Source: Candidatus Hydrogenedentota bacterium
Lineage (GTDB): Bacteria; Hydrogenedentota; Hydrogenedentia; Hydrogenedentales; JAEUWI01
Reading direction: 5' to 3'
Assembly: GCA_034669905.1 (NCBI GenBank)
Contig: JAXMOL010000031.1
Location: 25,111-89,110, forward strand
DNA: 64,000 nucleotides
The stretch's first letter is position 1, and every line of letters begins with the position of its first letter. A model generated the notes under the pieces. The model made no database searches and had not been told where the DNA came from. It saw only the letters and a program-made list of their open reading frames with translations. Positions 47,807 through 57,497 of the stretch are shown piece after piece. The position numbers and the translations under genes were made by a program.

Positions 47807-49977
47807 CCTTCGCGAACTATCCCGGCACCTTCTTCGCCCTGTTCACGGTGCTCCTCATCGCCCTCATACTCCTATGGACACATCGGGGCGCCGAACTCAG
47901 GAAACGATGGGTTGCCACGATTGCCCTTTATGCCATCAACCTGGCCGTGGCCCTCATCCTCCTCGTATTGATATGGGACCCGTCGGCCTCACGCGATGGG
48001 GACACCACCATTCGCAACGAGGTCCTGGTCTATATTGATACCAGTGAAAGTATGTCGGTGCGCGATGGCGAAAACGATACCACGCGCCTGGATCGGGTGG
48101 CCGAACGTATCGCCCAGCTCTTCCCGGAAGAGAAGGGCAACCGCCCGGCCCTCCGTCTGATGGGCTTCGATAAGACCCCCTATCCGTGTCGTTCCCTGGA
48201 TGCCCTCTCCCGCTGGGGCACAGAAAGCAACCTCGTGTCTGCCGTGGCCACCGTGGCACGTGCGACGGAACCGGGAGCGACAAAGGCCCATAGCTCCTCG
48301 GTGGCCGGGGCGCTGCTCTTCACCGATGGACAGGCTGACCAGAAAGCGCTCACGGCCTATGCCCATCTGGCCGATCGTGACGTCCCCATCGCCGTCGTTG
48401 GGGTCGGTGCGTCAAATGAACAACATGATGTGCGAATTCAGCGCCTGGACGTGCCCCGCCGCACCATCGTCGACGCCCCCTACACAGTCCACGTAGCACT
48501 GGGCGGTGATCTCGAAGCGGTGGAGGGACCGATTACCCTGACCCTCCTTCAGAATGGCCGCCACGTTCGGGAACATACCTTCACGGAAGCAGAGCGGGTC
48601 TCGGATTCCCCCCTTGCCATCCCCCTCTTCGCCAACTCCGTGGGAACCGACCAAATCGAGGTCCAACTCAGCGGCATGGCGCAGGACGCCAATCAAAGCA
48701 ATAATCACCGCACCGCAACCGTCTCGGTGGTGGAAGAACCGCGCTTACGCACCCTCTTTTACACCCAATGGCTCGGGCCCGATATTGGACGGGTACGCTC
48801 TGCCCTGGCACGCACCCAGAAAGTGGAGTTGGAAATTCGTATCAACGCCCGCCGTGTCGACGTAAACGCCTTCCGTGCGGCCGCGCTGGCAGCGCCCGGC
48901 CAACCCCAATTTCCGGATACGGCGGAAGCCCTCCAGGACTACGACCTCATCATCCTCGGCCCCTGTGACCCCACGTCCTTTAGCCAGCCCCAGATCGACG
49001 CCCTCTATCACTTCGTCTCCCAACGGGGGGGCGGCCTCTTGCTCCTTCCCGGCGCGCCCGGTTACGACATAGCGGCCACCCGGGATGCTACCCTCCGCTC
49101 CCTTTATCCCGCTGAACTGACTCCTTATACCGGCGCCTCCACTTCCAACGGCCATCGCCCCCCCGCATTAACCACCGTGGGTGACCGTATGCGTCTTATT
49201 CCGACCGACCTCTTTGAGGATCTGAATGCCGAACTGATTCCCGCCTATCTGGCCCAGCCCAAGCCCGCCGCCACGACTATCGCGGTCACGGAAGAAGACC
49301 CGGCCGTATGTATCCAGCGAGTGGGTCGGGGCTACACCGCCCTCCTCAATCTCCGGGGCCTCTTTCAGCTGTATCGCGAAAACGAAAACGGAGGCCCCCT
49401 CCAGACCCTCCTTTCCGGCCTGGTCACCTACCTCGGTGCCGCGCCCGGCTCGGAATCCCGACTTGAGCTCTATGCTGAGCGGACGACCGAGACTCCGGGT
49501 GATGTGCGCTTTCGGGCCGTGGTGCTCGACGAGCATTACCGCCCGGCAAGCGATGCCACTGTCTTGTTGACCTTTGATGGTCAGGCCATTCGCATGGCCC
49601 CCCAGGGCGAAGGAAACTACGAAGCCATCGTGCCAATAGGCAGCCGCGAAACGGTGCTCAGCACGGTCGAAGCCGCGCAGCAAGGACACCATCTCGGAGA
49701 ACGCACCCTCGCACTCCGCCTCCCTGCGATGCGCGATGAGATGGATCAGACCGACGCCGACCACCGATTCCTGGAGCAACTCGCTACCCATGTGGGCGGT
49801 TCCTACTACGAACTCAATGGCTTGCCCCAATCCTGGGTAGACGAACTGCCCGCCACCACGACGGTGCCCGTAGCCGGAAAACCCCACAGCATCTGGCGCA
49901 GTTGGCTCTTGTTCAGCCTCGTCTGCGCCACCCTCAGCGCCAATTGGTTTGCACGCCGTATGTTGGGACTCTTATGA
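47803..49977 (+). CDS. vWA + class I glutamine amidotransferase-like membrane protein
   Basis: IDTSESM and FTDG MIDAS motifs, DANQSNN, YDLIILG...FVSQRGGGLL, GRGY; C-terminal TM ending WFARR.LGLL. Confidence 0.8.
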   Translation: MTFANYPGTFFALFTVLLIALILLWTHRGAELRKRWVATIALYAINLAVALILLVLIWDPSASRDGDTTIRNEVLVYIDTSESMSVRDGENDTTRLDRVAERIAQLFPEEKGNRPALRLMGFDKTPYPCRSLDALSRWGTESNLVSAVATVARATEPGATKAHSSSVAGALLFTDGQADQKALTAYAHLADRDVPIAVVGVGASNEQHDVRIQRLDVPRRTIVDAPYTVHVALGGDLEAVEGPITLTLLQNGRHVREHTFTEAERVSDSPLAIPLFANSVGTDQIEVQLSGMAQDANQSNNHRTATVSVVEEPRLRTLFYTQWLGPDIGRVRSALARTQKVELEIRINARRVDVNAFRAAALAAPGQPQFPDTAEALQDYDLIILGPCDPTSFSQPQIDALYHFVSQRGGGLLLLPGAPGYDIAATRDATLRSLYPAELTPYTGASTSNGHRPPALTTVGDRMRLIPTDLFEDLNAELIPAYLAQPKPAATTIAVTEEDPAVCIQRVGRGYTALLNLRGLFQLYRENENGGPLQTLLSGLVTYLGAAPGSESRLELYAERTTETPGDVRFRAVVLDEHYRPASDATVLLTFDGQAIRMAPQGEGNYEAIVPIGSRETVLSTVEAAQQGHHLGERTLALRLPAMRDEMDQTDADHRFLEQLATHVGGSYYELNGLPQSWVDELPATTTVPVAGKPHSIWRSWLLFSLVCATLSANWFARRMLGLL

Positions 49978-50915
49978 ATAAAAACTTCCACAAGAAAAAC
50001 CGATTCCTGCTAACTCTTCGTGGGATTTTCTTCCTCGTCCTTGGGGGCACCGCCCTGCTCCCCGATTTCGCCATGTCGGCCTCCGCGGCAGAATCCGGCC
50101 AATCCTATGTCCTGCTGGTTGGCGGCCTCAATGGAGACCCGGATCAATTGCGGGACAAGTCCCAGTCTCTATCACGGCTCCATCGATACTTCAGCGAAAC
50201 GGCCCGCGTGCCAACAACCAACCTGACGGTCCTGACGGGACCCGACTCCCTGGTACACCACCTCGGAGAAACGAGCACCCGGGAAGCCCTGCGTGGCCAC
50301 CTCAAGTCCCTCTCCAATCGCATTGGTCCCAAAGATGACCTGATATTCTATTTCGTGGGCCAGGCCAACATCGTCAAAGAAGAACTCCGGCTCAATCTCC
50401 CCGGCCCCGATCTCACCCATGTGGAATTGGCGGAAGCCCTGGCCCCCCTCCGCCCCGCCCGCATGCTCATCGTACTCGATTGCCCGGGTGCCGGACTGGC
50501 CACCAAGACGCTGACCGGACCCAATCGCATCTTCATTGCAGGCGCACGCAGCGACCAGCCCCACAGCACCCGTTTTTCCCAGTTTTTCAGTGTAGCCCTC
50601 AGTGCGCCGGGCTCCGATCTGAACGGCGATGGGCAGGTATCCCTCCTCGAAGCCTTCCAGATAGCCGCGCAGGATATCGATGCCATCTACCGCGACCAGC
50701 GGCTGATGAAAAATGAGACCCCCCTGCTGGAAGACGACAACGACGCCGAACCCAGTCAGGCACCCTGGCGATTCGCTAGCACCGGCAAAGATGGACGCCT
50801 CGCAGCGGCCTATTTCCCGGGAGGTTCCCCCACAACACGCCCAGACGCGCAAGAAGAAGCCCCGGCCGAGCGCCGGAACGACAATGGAGGCGAAACCCAT
50901 GAAGACTCCCCGTGA
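49974..50915 (+). CDS. Exported caspase/legumain (C13/C14)-fold protein
   Basis: ATGA overlap; DDLIFYFVGQA and LIVLDC strands, SDLNGDGQVSLLEAF, ETPLLEDDND. Confidence 0.65.
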   Translation: MNKNFHKKNRFLLTLRGIFFLVLGGTALLPDFAMSASAAESGQSYVLLVGGLNGDPDQLRDKSQSLSRLHRYFSETARVPTTNLTVLTGPDSLVHHLGETSTREALRGHLKSLSNRIGPKDDLIFYFVGQANIVKEELRLNLPGPDLTHVELAEALAPLRPARMLIVLDCPGAGLATKTLTGPNRIFIAGARSDQPHSTRFSQFFSVALSAPGSDLNGDGQVSLLEAFQIAAQDIDAIYRDQRLMKNETPLLEDDNDAEPSQAPWRFASTGKDGRLAAAYFPGGSPTTRPDAQEEAPAERRNDNGGETHEDSP

Positions 50916-51738
50916 ATCCATGAACCGACGGCAGTTCATCCAACGCACCGGTGCCGCGGCGGCCGCCCTGACCGCTACATCCTATATCGCGCCATCCATC
51001 ACCCAGGCGGAGGGCCTGACAGACGGGGGCTGGGTGCCCGATGACAAAGATGCCTATGATCTCTTGTTCCCCCGTATCTGCAACAACAATCCCGATTGGG
51101 ACTTCGGTCCCGGAGGCGACAAGAATCTCCTGGAGCAGTTCTCCAGCATCATGCGATGCAAGGTCAAATTACAAGACAACGTCCGAGATGAGTATCCGGA
51201 AAATGGGCTACCCGAACATTTCAACGGCGTGGTGGACCTGACCAACCTGGAAACCATGCGCAAATTCCCCTCCATGTTCATGATGGGCACCGGGAACTAT
51301 GACATTCGGATCCCCGAACGGCTCCAGAACCTGAAGGCCTACCTCGAAGAAGGCGGCTTCCTGCTGATGGATGAATGCGCCTCGCCCCGCCGCTCCGACC
51401 AGTTCTATCAGAGCGGGGTGCACCTCATGCAGAAACTCTTCGAGCCCGAGCAGATTCGCCGCATCCCGGAAGACCACGAGGTCTACCGCAACGTCTACGA
51501 CATCAGCGAGCCCAATTTCCGACGGTGGCGGCGAAACAGCAGTCAAAGCAGCCGGGCGGGTAGTGGCAGTCCGGGCAACACGGGCGTCTTCATCGGCGAT
51601 CGTATTGCCGTCATCATCTGCGATGCCGACATCCACTGTGGCTGGCTCGACCCCCGGGACTCCTGGGGGAAACGGGCCAACAACCACGAAAGCATCCAGA
51701 CCGGCATTAACTTTCTGACCTACTTCATGTCCCATTAG
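50899..51738 (+). CDS. DUF4159 domain protein with Tat signal
   Basis: NRRQFI twin-arginine motif; NLKAYLEEGGFLLMDEC, IPEDHEVY, DIHCGW, GINF. Confidence 0.85.
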   Translation: MKTPRESMNRRQFIQRTGAAAAALTATSYIAPSITQAEGLTDGGWVPDDKDAYDLLFPRICNNNPDWDFGPGGDKNLLEQFSSIMRCKVKLQDNVRDEYPENGLPEHFNGVVDLTNLETMRKFPSMFMMGTGNYDIRIPERLQNLKAYLEEGGFLLMDECASPRRSDQFYQSGVHLMQKLFEPEQIRRIPEDHEVYRNVYDISEPNFRRWRRNSSQSSRAGSGSPGNTGVFIGDRIAVIICDADIHCGWLDPRDSWGKRANNHESIQTGINFLTYFMSH

Positions 51739-51800
51739 GGGTGTGAATTAGACTTGTGGAGATTTAAGTTCGCTTGAACCGGTGAGGAAATTGGTAATGA

Positions 51801-51876
51801 ATTCCCCTCCTGGGAGGGGCTAGGGGTGGGTTGACTCTTCTTCCGGGCATTGACCCACCCCCGGGCCCTCCGGGAG
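51801..51876. repeat. REP-like palindrome (TTCCCCTCC..GGAGGGG.TAGGGGTGGGT type)
   Basis: CCCCTCC/GGAGGGG hairpin followed by the GGGGTGGGT/ACCCACCCC pair. Confidence 0.6.
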
Positions 51877-51931
51877 CCTCCAAATACAAGTTAAATCACA
51901 ACGTTAATCTAAGTGCAAAAAGAATCTGTCT

Positions 51932-52101
51932 GGGTGCCACTAGCAGGCCGACACGGGTTTGCCCGTGTGGAAACGAAAATCTAAATGATACCCTTCCAGT
52001 ATACAAGCCGAAGATGGAGGCATTATTACAGGGTCAATCCGATCTTTTTTAAGAGACCAAGACACCTCACGGGCAAGCTTGATCGCCTGCCCGTGGCACC
52101 C
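51932..52101. repeat. REP doublet of the GGGTGCCAC family (CACGGGCA subtype)
   Basis: GGGTGCCAC...TTGCCCGTG left arm and CACGGGCAA...GTGGCACCC right arm around an AT-rich spacer. Confidence 0.72.
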
Positions 52102-52221
52102 GAAGTCGTTGTCTTTCCATCCGGTCTGCTGATAGAGAACCTGTAGCTTATTTCACGTTACTTCAGGTTGTCGTACTAATGGCCCATAGGCTTGAATCGA
52201 ACCACCAGGGAGTGTCCACTC

Positions 52222-53631
52222 ATGTTCCGTCGGACCACGTGCTCTTTCAAATGCACCGTAGTAATGGGAGCCACCCTCCTTTTCGCGACCACTTGCGCTA
52301 TTGCAACCCCCATCACCGGCCAGGTCGTAAACGCGGTGCATACCCCCGTGCCCGGGGCCATTGTCTACGCGGGCTCCCCCACACAGCCCATCGTCATCAC
52401 GAACAATACCCTCCACCTCGGTGAACGCTATCCCCGGGCGCTCACCGACCAGGAGGGACGTTTCGCGTTGGAGGTACCCACGACAGCGGGACTCACCTTG
52501 CTCGCCCGCGACCTGGAAGACCGTAGCGGCTTTGCCGATTACCAAAGCGAAGCCGACAACACTATCGTGATCGCCGACCCCGCAGCCGTCGAAGCCGTGC
52601 TTCCCGCCGGAGCACTGAAGTTGGGCGAAGGCATCCACCTTACCGCCCAGACTTCTCCCGGACTCCGCTTCGCCTATCAGGCGACGTCCCGCATGCCCCC
52701 CCCTTATCTCTTCCGCAACCTCATCCCCGGTGACTACCGCCTCGAGACGACCCATCAGGTGCCTCAAGTCGGCTGTTGTTTCAAAGAGGTCACTACGCGC
52801 CAGGTCCATGCCGAATTGACGCCCGGACTTTCCAAAACCGTCCAGTTAGGTGGCCACGATTTGCCCTACGTGAAGGGCACCATCACGGACGAAAGCGGCG
52901 ATGGACTCCACGGCGTCTGGGTGCGACTCATTCCCGACAAGAACGTGCGCCCCCCCCTGCCCCTGTCTCCCAAGAACGCGGCTCCGACGCCTCGGGTTTG
53001 GTCCACCGTGACCGAAAAGGATGGCGCCTACCAAATCGATGATGTCCCCCCCGGAAGCTATACTCTGCGTGCCTTTCGTCGCCTCGCGATGAATACCGGC
53101 AGCCATACGCTGGAGGTACTCGACACGGTGACCATCCCCAAAGACAAAGCAACCCGTACCCCCATCCATCACGATCTGCAGGTTGATCTCAATGACTTTA
53201 CTCCCCTGCGTAAGGGCGATATGGCCCCACCGATCAACGCCACCACCCTCGCCGGAGAGCCCTTTGAACTCTCCGAACAGGAAGGCCAGGTCGTGGTGCT
53301 CCACTTCTACGCCGCGTGGTGCAGCCCCTGCGTAGAGACCATCGGCGACTTCAACGCCCTCGCGGATACCTACACCAACCAGGCCGTCACCGTGGTCGCC
53401 ATCAGCCTCGACGAATCGGAAGCCGAAGCACGCGCCTTCGCCGATGAACACGCCATCAATCACCCGATTGTGTATCAGGGCTCCTGGAGTAAGAATGCCA
53501 TTCGTGAAGCCTACCGCGTAAACGGAATTCCCTTCACCGTCCTCATCGGAAAAGATGGATCCATTCGCCACCAGAATCTTCACGGCGAACTGCTCCGAGA
53601 CCAGGTGGCGGAAGCGCTTTCCACGCCCTGA
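52222..53631 (+). CDS. Exported carboxypeptidase-regulatory-like (beta-sandwich) domains + TlpA/redoxin domain
   Basis: Signal peptide, ITGQVV/VKGTITD..G..G repeats, GDMAP, FYAAWCSPC, VAISLD, YRVNGIP. Confidence 0.82.
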   Translation: MFRRTTCSFKCTVVMGATLLFATTCAIATPITGQVVNAVHTPVPGAIVYAGSPTQPIVITNNTLHLGERYPRALTDQEGRFALEVPTTAGLTLLARDLEDRSGFADYQSEADNTIVIADPAAVEAVLPAGALKLGEGIHLTAQTSPGLRFAYQATSRMPPPYLFRNLIPGDYRLETTHQVPQVGCCFKEVTTRQVHAELTPGLSKTVQLGGHDLPYVKGTITDESGDGLHGVWVRLIPDKNVRPPLPLSPKNAAPTPRVWSTVTEKDGAYQIDDVPPGSYTLRAFRRLAMNTGSHTLEVLDTVTIPKDKATRTPIHHDLQVDLNDFTPLRKGDMAPPINATTLAGEPFELSEQEGQVVVLHFYAAWCSPCVETIGDFNALADTYTNQAVTVVAISLDESEAEARAFADEHAINHPIVYQGSWSKNAIREAYRVNGIPFTVLIGKDGSIRHQNLHGELLRDQVAEALSTP

Positions 53632-53686
53632 CAAACCGTCACCCGCAACACGTCTTGATTGCCATTTCCACATCCCGCATCACGAC

Positions 53687-53780
53687 CGCGCCGCGGGATC
53701 TTCACCATGCGAGTCTAAACGAGTTTGGTGAAGTTCGTGCGCGTGAAGCCTACGCATCGTTGAGACTGTACGCACCGAAG
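53687..53780 (+). repeat. Truncated copy 3 of the CGTGCCRCGCGAT family
   Basis: First 59 nt align without gaps to the reverse complement of the right arm of copy 1 (CGYGCCGCGSGATC-N8-GCGAGT-N4-ACGAGT-N8-GTTCGTGCG). Confidence 0.65.
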
Positions 53781-53900
53781 CTGAAACGCGCCCATTAGCC
53801 CCTCCAGACAGCCTCCGCCCCTTCAATCTAAACCCCTCCCCGGTGCTATACTGTTCCCATTATCGTCGATACCACGAACACCACCCCTAAAGGAACCGAC

Positions 53901-54857
53901 ATGCGCCGATACGTCCTTCTCTCCGCCCTCTTCCTCGTCGTGAGCCTTCACACCTCCGCCGCGCCCGTCACCACCACACAGGAAGACACCCGCCTCACCA
54001 TCCACCTCGGCGAACAAACCATCGCCACCTATGTGTGGCACGACGACGCCCTGCCCCGTCCCTACTTCGAAAACTTCTTCACCCCCGACGGCACCCTCGT
54101 CACCCGCACCCACCCCACGGATCCTGTGCGCGACAAAGGCAATGACGACCACCCTGATTTCCACCCGGGTGCCTGGCTGGCCTTCGGGGATATCAATGGC
54201 GCCGACTTCTGGCGGAACAAGGCCCGCGTACGCCACCTCCGCTTCGTGACGCCACCCACCGCCACCGACACGGGCGTGACCTTCACCGTGGTCAACGCCT
54301 ACGAAACGACCGCGGACACACCACAGACTCTCTGCGAAGAAACCTGCACCTACACCCTCACCCCCCAGGACACCGGCTACCTCCTCACCGCAAGGAGCAC
54401 CTTCCGCCCCACCAACGGGCCCATAAACTTTGGTGACCAGGAAGAGATGGGCTTCGGCGTCCGACTCGCCACACCCTTCAGCGTGCGCCACGGCGGCGGA
54501 TTCATCCGCAACAGCGCCGGTGGAAAACAAGAGGCGGGCACCTGGGGCAAGAACGCCGACTGGTGCGCCGGTTACGGAAAGCACGACGGCTCGTGGGTAG
54601 GCATCAACGTCATGGCCTCCCCCGACAACTTTCGGCCTGCCTGGTTTCACTCCCGGGATTACGGCCTCATCGTGGCCAACCCCTTCGGGAAAAAGGCCAT
54701 GACCGGACCCAAAGACGACGCCGTATCCCCCGATCAGACGCCCGTTGCGGCGGGAGAAGCACTGACCATCACCTTCGGCCTCTACATATTTCAAAGCGCC
54801 GAAGCCCAACCGGACTTCGACGCCATGTATCAACGCTTTCTAAGAGCCACCCGCTAG
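53901..54857 (+). CDS. PmoA-like/DUF6807 family secreted protein
   Basis: RPYF, DHPDFHPGAW, GFGVR, WGKNADW, RDYGLIVANPFG; AAGGA RBS; signal peptide. Confidence 0.8.
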   Translation: MRRYVLLSALFLVVSLHTSAAPVTTTQEDTRLTIHLGEQTIATYVWHDDALPRPYFENFFTPDGTLVTRTHPTDPVRDKGNDDHPDFHPGAWLAFGDINGADFWRNKARVRHLRFVTPPTATDTGVTFTVVNAYETTADTPQTLCEETCTYTLTPQDTGYLLTARSTFRPTNGPINFGDQEEMGFGVRLATPFSVRHGGGFIRNSAGGKQEAGTWGKNADWCAGYGKHDGSWVGINVMASPDNFRPAWFHSRDYGLIVANPFGKKAMTGPKDDAVSPDQTPVAAGEALTITFGLYIFQSAEAQPDFDAMYQRFLRATR

Positions 54858-54878
54858 GCGACGGGTCACGAGGCCAAA

Positions 54879-55208
54879 CTACAAGTAAGTGCACACATAT
54901 TCCGTGAGGCCCGCTTCAATGGTGATATCAAAAGAAGAATTCGCCGGCACGTTGAAATGACTCCCGGCTTCGTAGGTAGCGGGGCTATCTTCCCCCGGCA
55001 ACGTGACCTGGCAGCTCCCCGCAATAATCTCCATCAACTCCGCCGCCTCCGTGCCAAACGTGTAGCTACCCGGATAGAGCAAGCCAATGGACCGCTTCGT
55101 CCCATCCGGAAAGTCCAATGAATGGCTCACCACCCGCCCGTCATAATAGACATTGGCCTTACACGTAATCCGTACATTATCAAACTGCTGGGGAGTCGCT
55201 TCCGACAT
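54879..55208 (-). CDS. ppnP: Pyrimidine/purine nucleoside phosphorylase (DUF1255)
   Basis: KANVYYDGRVVS, PGSYTFGT..AELMEI, FNVPANSSF, YVCTY. Confidence 0.92.
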   Translation of the reverse strand: MSEATPQQFDNVRITCKANVYYDGRVVSHSLDFPDGTKRSIGLLYPGSYTFGTEAAELMEIIAGSCQVTLPGEDSPATYEAGSHFNVPANSSFDITIEAGLTEYVCTYL

Positions 55209-55294
55209 GCATACATCCTTTACGCCCAAGGCGTGGTTAGTTTCGAGAAGGGCGCAATTATAATCCCACCGCCCTCCGCCATGCCAACCACCCC

Positions 55295-55320
55295 GTCATT
55301 CCCACGAAGATGGGAATCCA
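55295..55320. repeat. Solo GTCATTCCC-N8-GGGAATCCA palindrome (dRS3-like)
   Basis: GTCATTCCCACGAAGATGGGAATCCA matches the ATTCCC-N8-GGGAAT pattern. Confidence 0.6.
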
Positions 55321-55356
55321 GAACAGCACCAAAAAAGGCAATCCCCATGCTCCTCA

Positions 55357-55503
55357 GGGTGCCACCCTCAAGCGTTGTGGCGAAGCCACAGAAGCTTGTG
55401 GGTGACGCTCAAAAGTCACACATCCACAAAGTCATCGCCCTGCCTTAACTAAGCCGCACCCACAAAAGCAGTCGCGAAGCTCCTGTCTTTGAGGATGGCA
55501 CCC
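55357..55503. repeat. REP doublet of the GGGTGCCACCCTCAA family
   Basis: Same arm architecture as 3203-3377 with a different spacer. Confidence 0.75.
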
Positions 55504-55527
55504 CATCGTCACTCAAAAGGACCAAGA

Positions 55528-55565
55528 GTGCCACGGGCAGGCCCGCCAGGGTTTGCCCGTGCTCC
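55528..55565 (+). repeat. 38-bp REP arm, identical direct copy at 57457-57494
   Basis: GTGCCACGGGCAGGCCCGCCAGGGTTTGCCCGTGCTCC. Confidence 0.85.
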
Positions 55566-55632
55566 AGTGCCTCCGCCACCCCAACGTGCGTTCCTCTACC
55601 GGAGGCAATAGACGCCCCCCCAATGCACCAGC

Positions 55633-57177
55633 TCATTCCCCATCCCCACCGGCCCCGAGACAACGATGGAGCCGCGACAAGGAAAAAATCGTAAGGCCAA
55701 GGAATAACGCATAGAGCACCCCGATTTTCGCGGGCCAGATAGACGCCGCACCCACGAAGCCTATGAACGTCATCAAATCGTACATACGCTCTGGGGACAG
55801 GGGGCTGTTTGGGGCAGAGGATGTGGACGCGCGCTTTAAGGCCCTGTGTATGGACCACAGGGTCACGGTGACCAACACAAACGCCACAGGAGCGAAGAGG
55901 ACAATGCGTCCGGCGGGCCAGGCGTACTGGTCAATAGCGGCGTCGTCGTGGATTCCGAGCACCACCACCGCGCGGGAGCTGACACCATGAAAAAGAAGGA
56001 AAACCAGCAGGAAAATACTGTAGCGCAGCGAAACAATTCTCACGCGCTCCCAATGACGACCGGACTCGAAGTCCCTGGAATCCCCCCAGGCCAGCCACCC
56101 CATCGCAAGGAAAAAGCCCGTGGCGAGGGCGAGCCCGGTCCAGAAGAAGTACTCGTAGCCCGCTGCAAAAATAAGTACAAAGCCCGCGATCCCCAGGCAC
56201 CATGTCGGACGAGTCGTAGCCGGTGTCCTGTCGTGCGGCCCGTCCTTCCCTTCGTCTGCCTTGTCGTGTCCCCGAAGGCACAGGTAAAGCATGAGGGCGT
56301 AGAGCAGACCGAGGTTGAATCCCGCGTGGAGCTCCCATAGCTTCCACCAGTCCACCGCGGCCGGCGCGTAGGCATAGCCATGACACCACGCTGCCGAGAT
56401 GGCGAATCCGGGACCAAAGCCTCCGCCTATCACCGCACCCGCCGTCAGCGTCCTGCGGTCGCGCCGGAAAGCGGCAGTAATCATTGCCGCGCCCCACCAC
56501 ACGAGTACGGCGAAATTCTGGGTGTTGGTATACACCGTACGGCCGAGGTGTCGGTCCAGGTCGCCTTGGTAAATGCCCAGGTCCGCCTTCGGAAATACCA
56601 GGCTTGGACACCAGCGGACAAAAAACGCGCCGAGCCATTCGACGAGGCCAGTGCCGAAGAGCGCGCTTCCAAGATTAAAAATGAGTGCGAGGAGCACCGC
56701 CATAAAGACCACACGCTCCACCCACCGACCAGTTGAAACCGGGCCGCCCAGTGCCCAACCAAGCACGATGCCGCCCGGGGCAGCCCAGCCAATACCGCAG
56801 ATAGTGAACCACAGGTACCCGACCCAGGGTGCAATGGGAATCGTCCCGTCCCCCAGCTCAAACCGTCCCTGAATCCAGTTAACATACTGCCCGTATCCCA
56901 ACTCACCGCCCAGCGCCAGGCCGAGACCCAGCCAAAGCACGATACTCCGGGCATCAATACCCCTCCGATAACACAGGTAATACCACAGCAGGCCCCAGGT
57001 CAGCCCCGGAACGACCGTACCATCGATACCACCCCAACCGGAAGTGCCGCGAATGGCCCAGGTAATCGCACCAACACTGCCGAATAGAAGAATAGTCAGA
57101 CACAGCTCATAAAACACGTGGGAACGCTTGTTGTCGCGGTATCGGATGTAGCGCCCACGATCGGTGACAACCAACAT
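55633..57177 (-). CDS. Hypothetical polytopic membrane protein
   Basis: 514 aa with many Gly/Trp-rich hydrophobic segments (WAIRG, GGELGYGQY, WWKLWE); start uncertain. Confidence 0.75.
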   Translation of the reverse strand: MLVVTDRGRYIRYRDNKRSHVFYELCLTILLFGSVGAITWAIRGTSGWGGIDGTVVPGLTWGLLWYYLCYRRGIDARSIVLWLGLGLALGGELGYGQYVNWIQGRFELGDGTIPIAPWVGYLWFTICGIGWAAPGGIVLGWALGGPVSTGRWVERVVFMAVLLALIFNLGSALFGTGLVEWLGAFFVRWCPSLVFPKADLGIYQGDLDRHLGRTVYTNTQNFAVLVWWGAAMITAAFRRDRRTLTAGAVIGGGFGPGFAISAAWCHGYAYAPAAVDWWKLWELHAGFNLGLLYALMLYLCLRGHDKADEGKDGPHDRTPATTRPTWCLGIAGFVLIFAAGYEYFFWTGLALATGFFLAMGWLAWGDSRDFESGRHWERVRIVSLRYSIFLLVFLLFHGVSSRAVVVLGIHDDAAIDQYAWPAGRIVLFAPVAFVLVTVTLWSIHRALKRASTSSAPNSPLSPERMYDLMTFIGFVGAASIWPAKIGVLYALFLGLTIFSLSRLHRCLGAGGDGE

Positions 57178-57456
57178 GCTTCTTTACTCCCACCCCCTAT
57201 GGCCTTTGCTATCGCGATACCGTCGTTCAATCGCCAGGAACGTCGCGCTTCCCCGGTTCCGTGCTTACTCACCCCCCGAAACGATAGCCCTCCCCATCGT
57301 CCCATCCCCATAGTAGCGCAAATGGGGTGCCATGACACGCCATTCTTTCATGGCACATCCTTACACCCAACGAATCCACCACGAAACTCGGTCGCCTCGC
57401 CGCCGCCACGCACCCGCCCAATCCCGGCACTCCATGTACCCAAACACGACGTCTGG

Positions 57457-57494
57457 GTGCCACGGGCAGGCCCGCCAGGGTTTGCCCGTGCTCC
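57457..57494 (+). repeat. 38-bp REP arm, second copy
   Basis: Identical to 55528-55565. Confidence 0.85.
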
Positions 57495-57497
57495 CAA

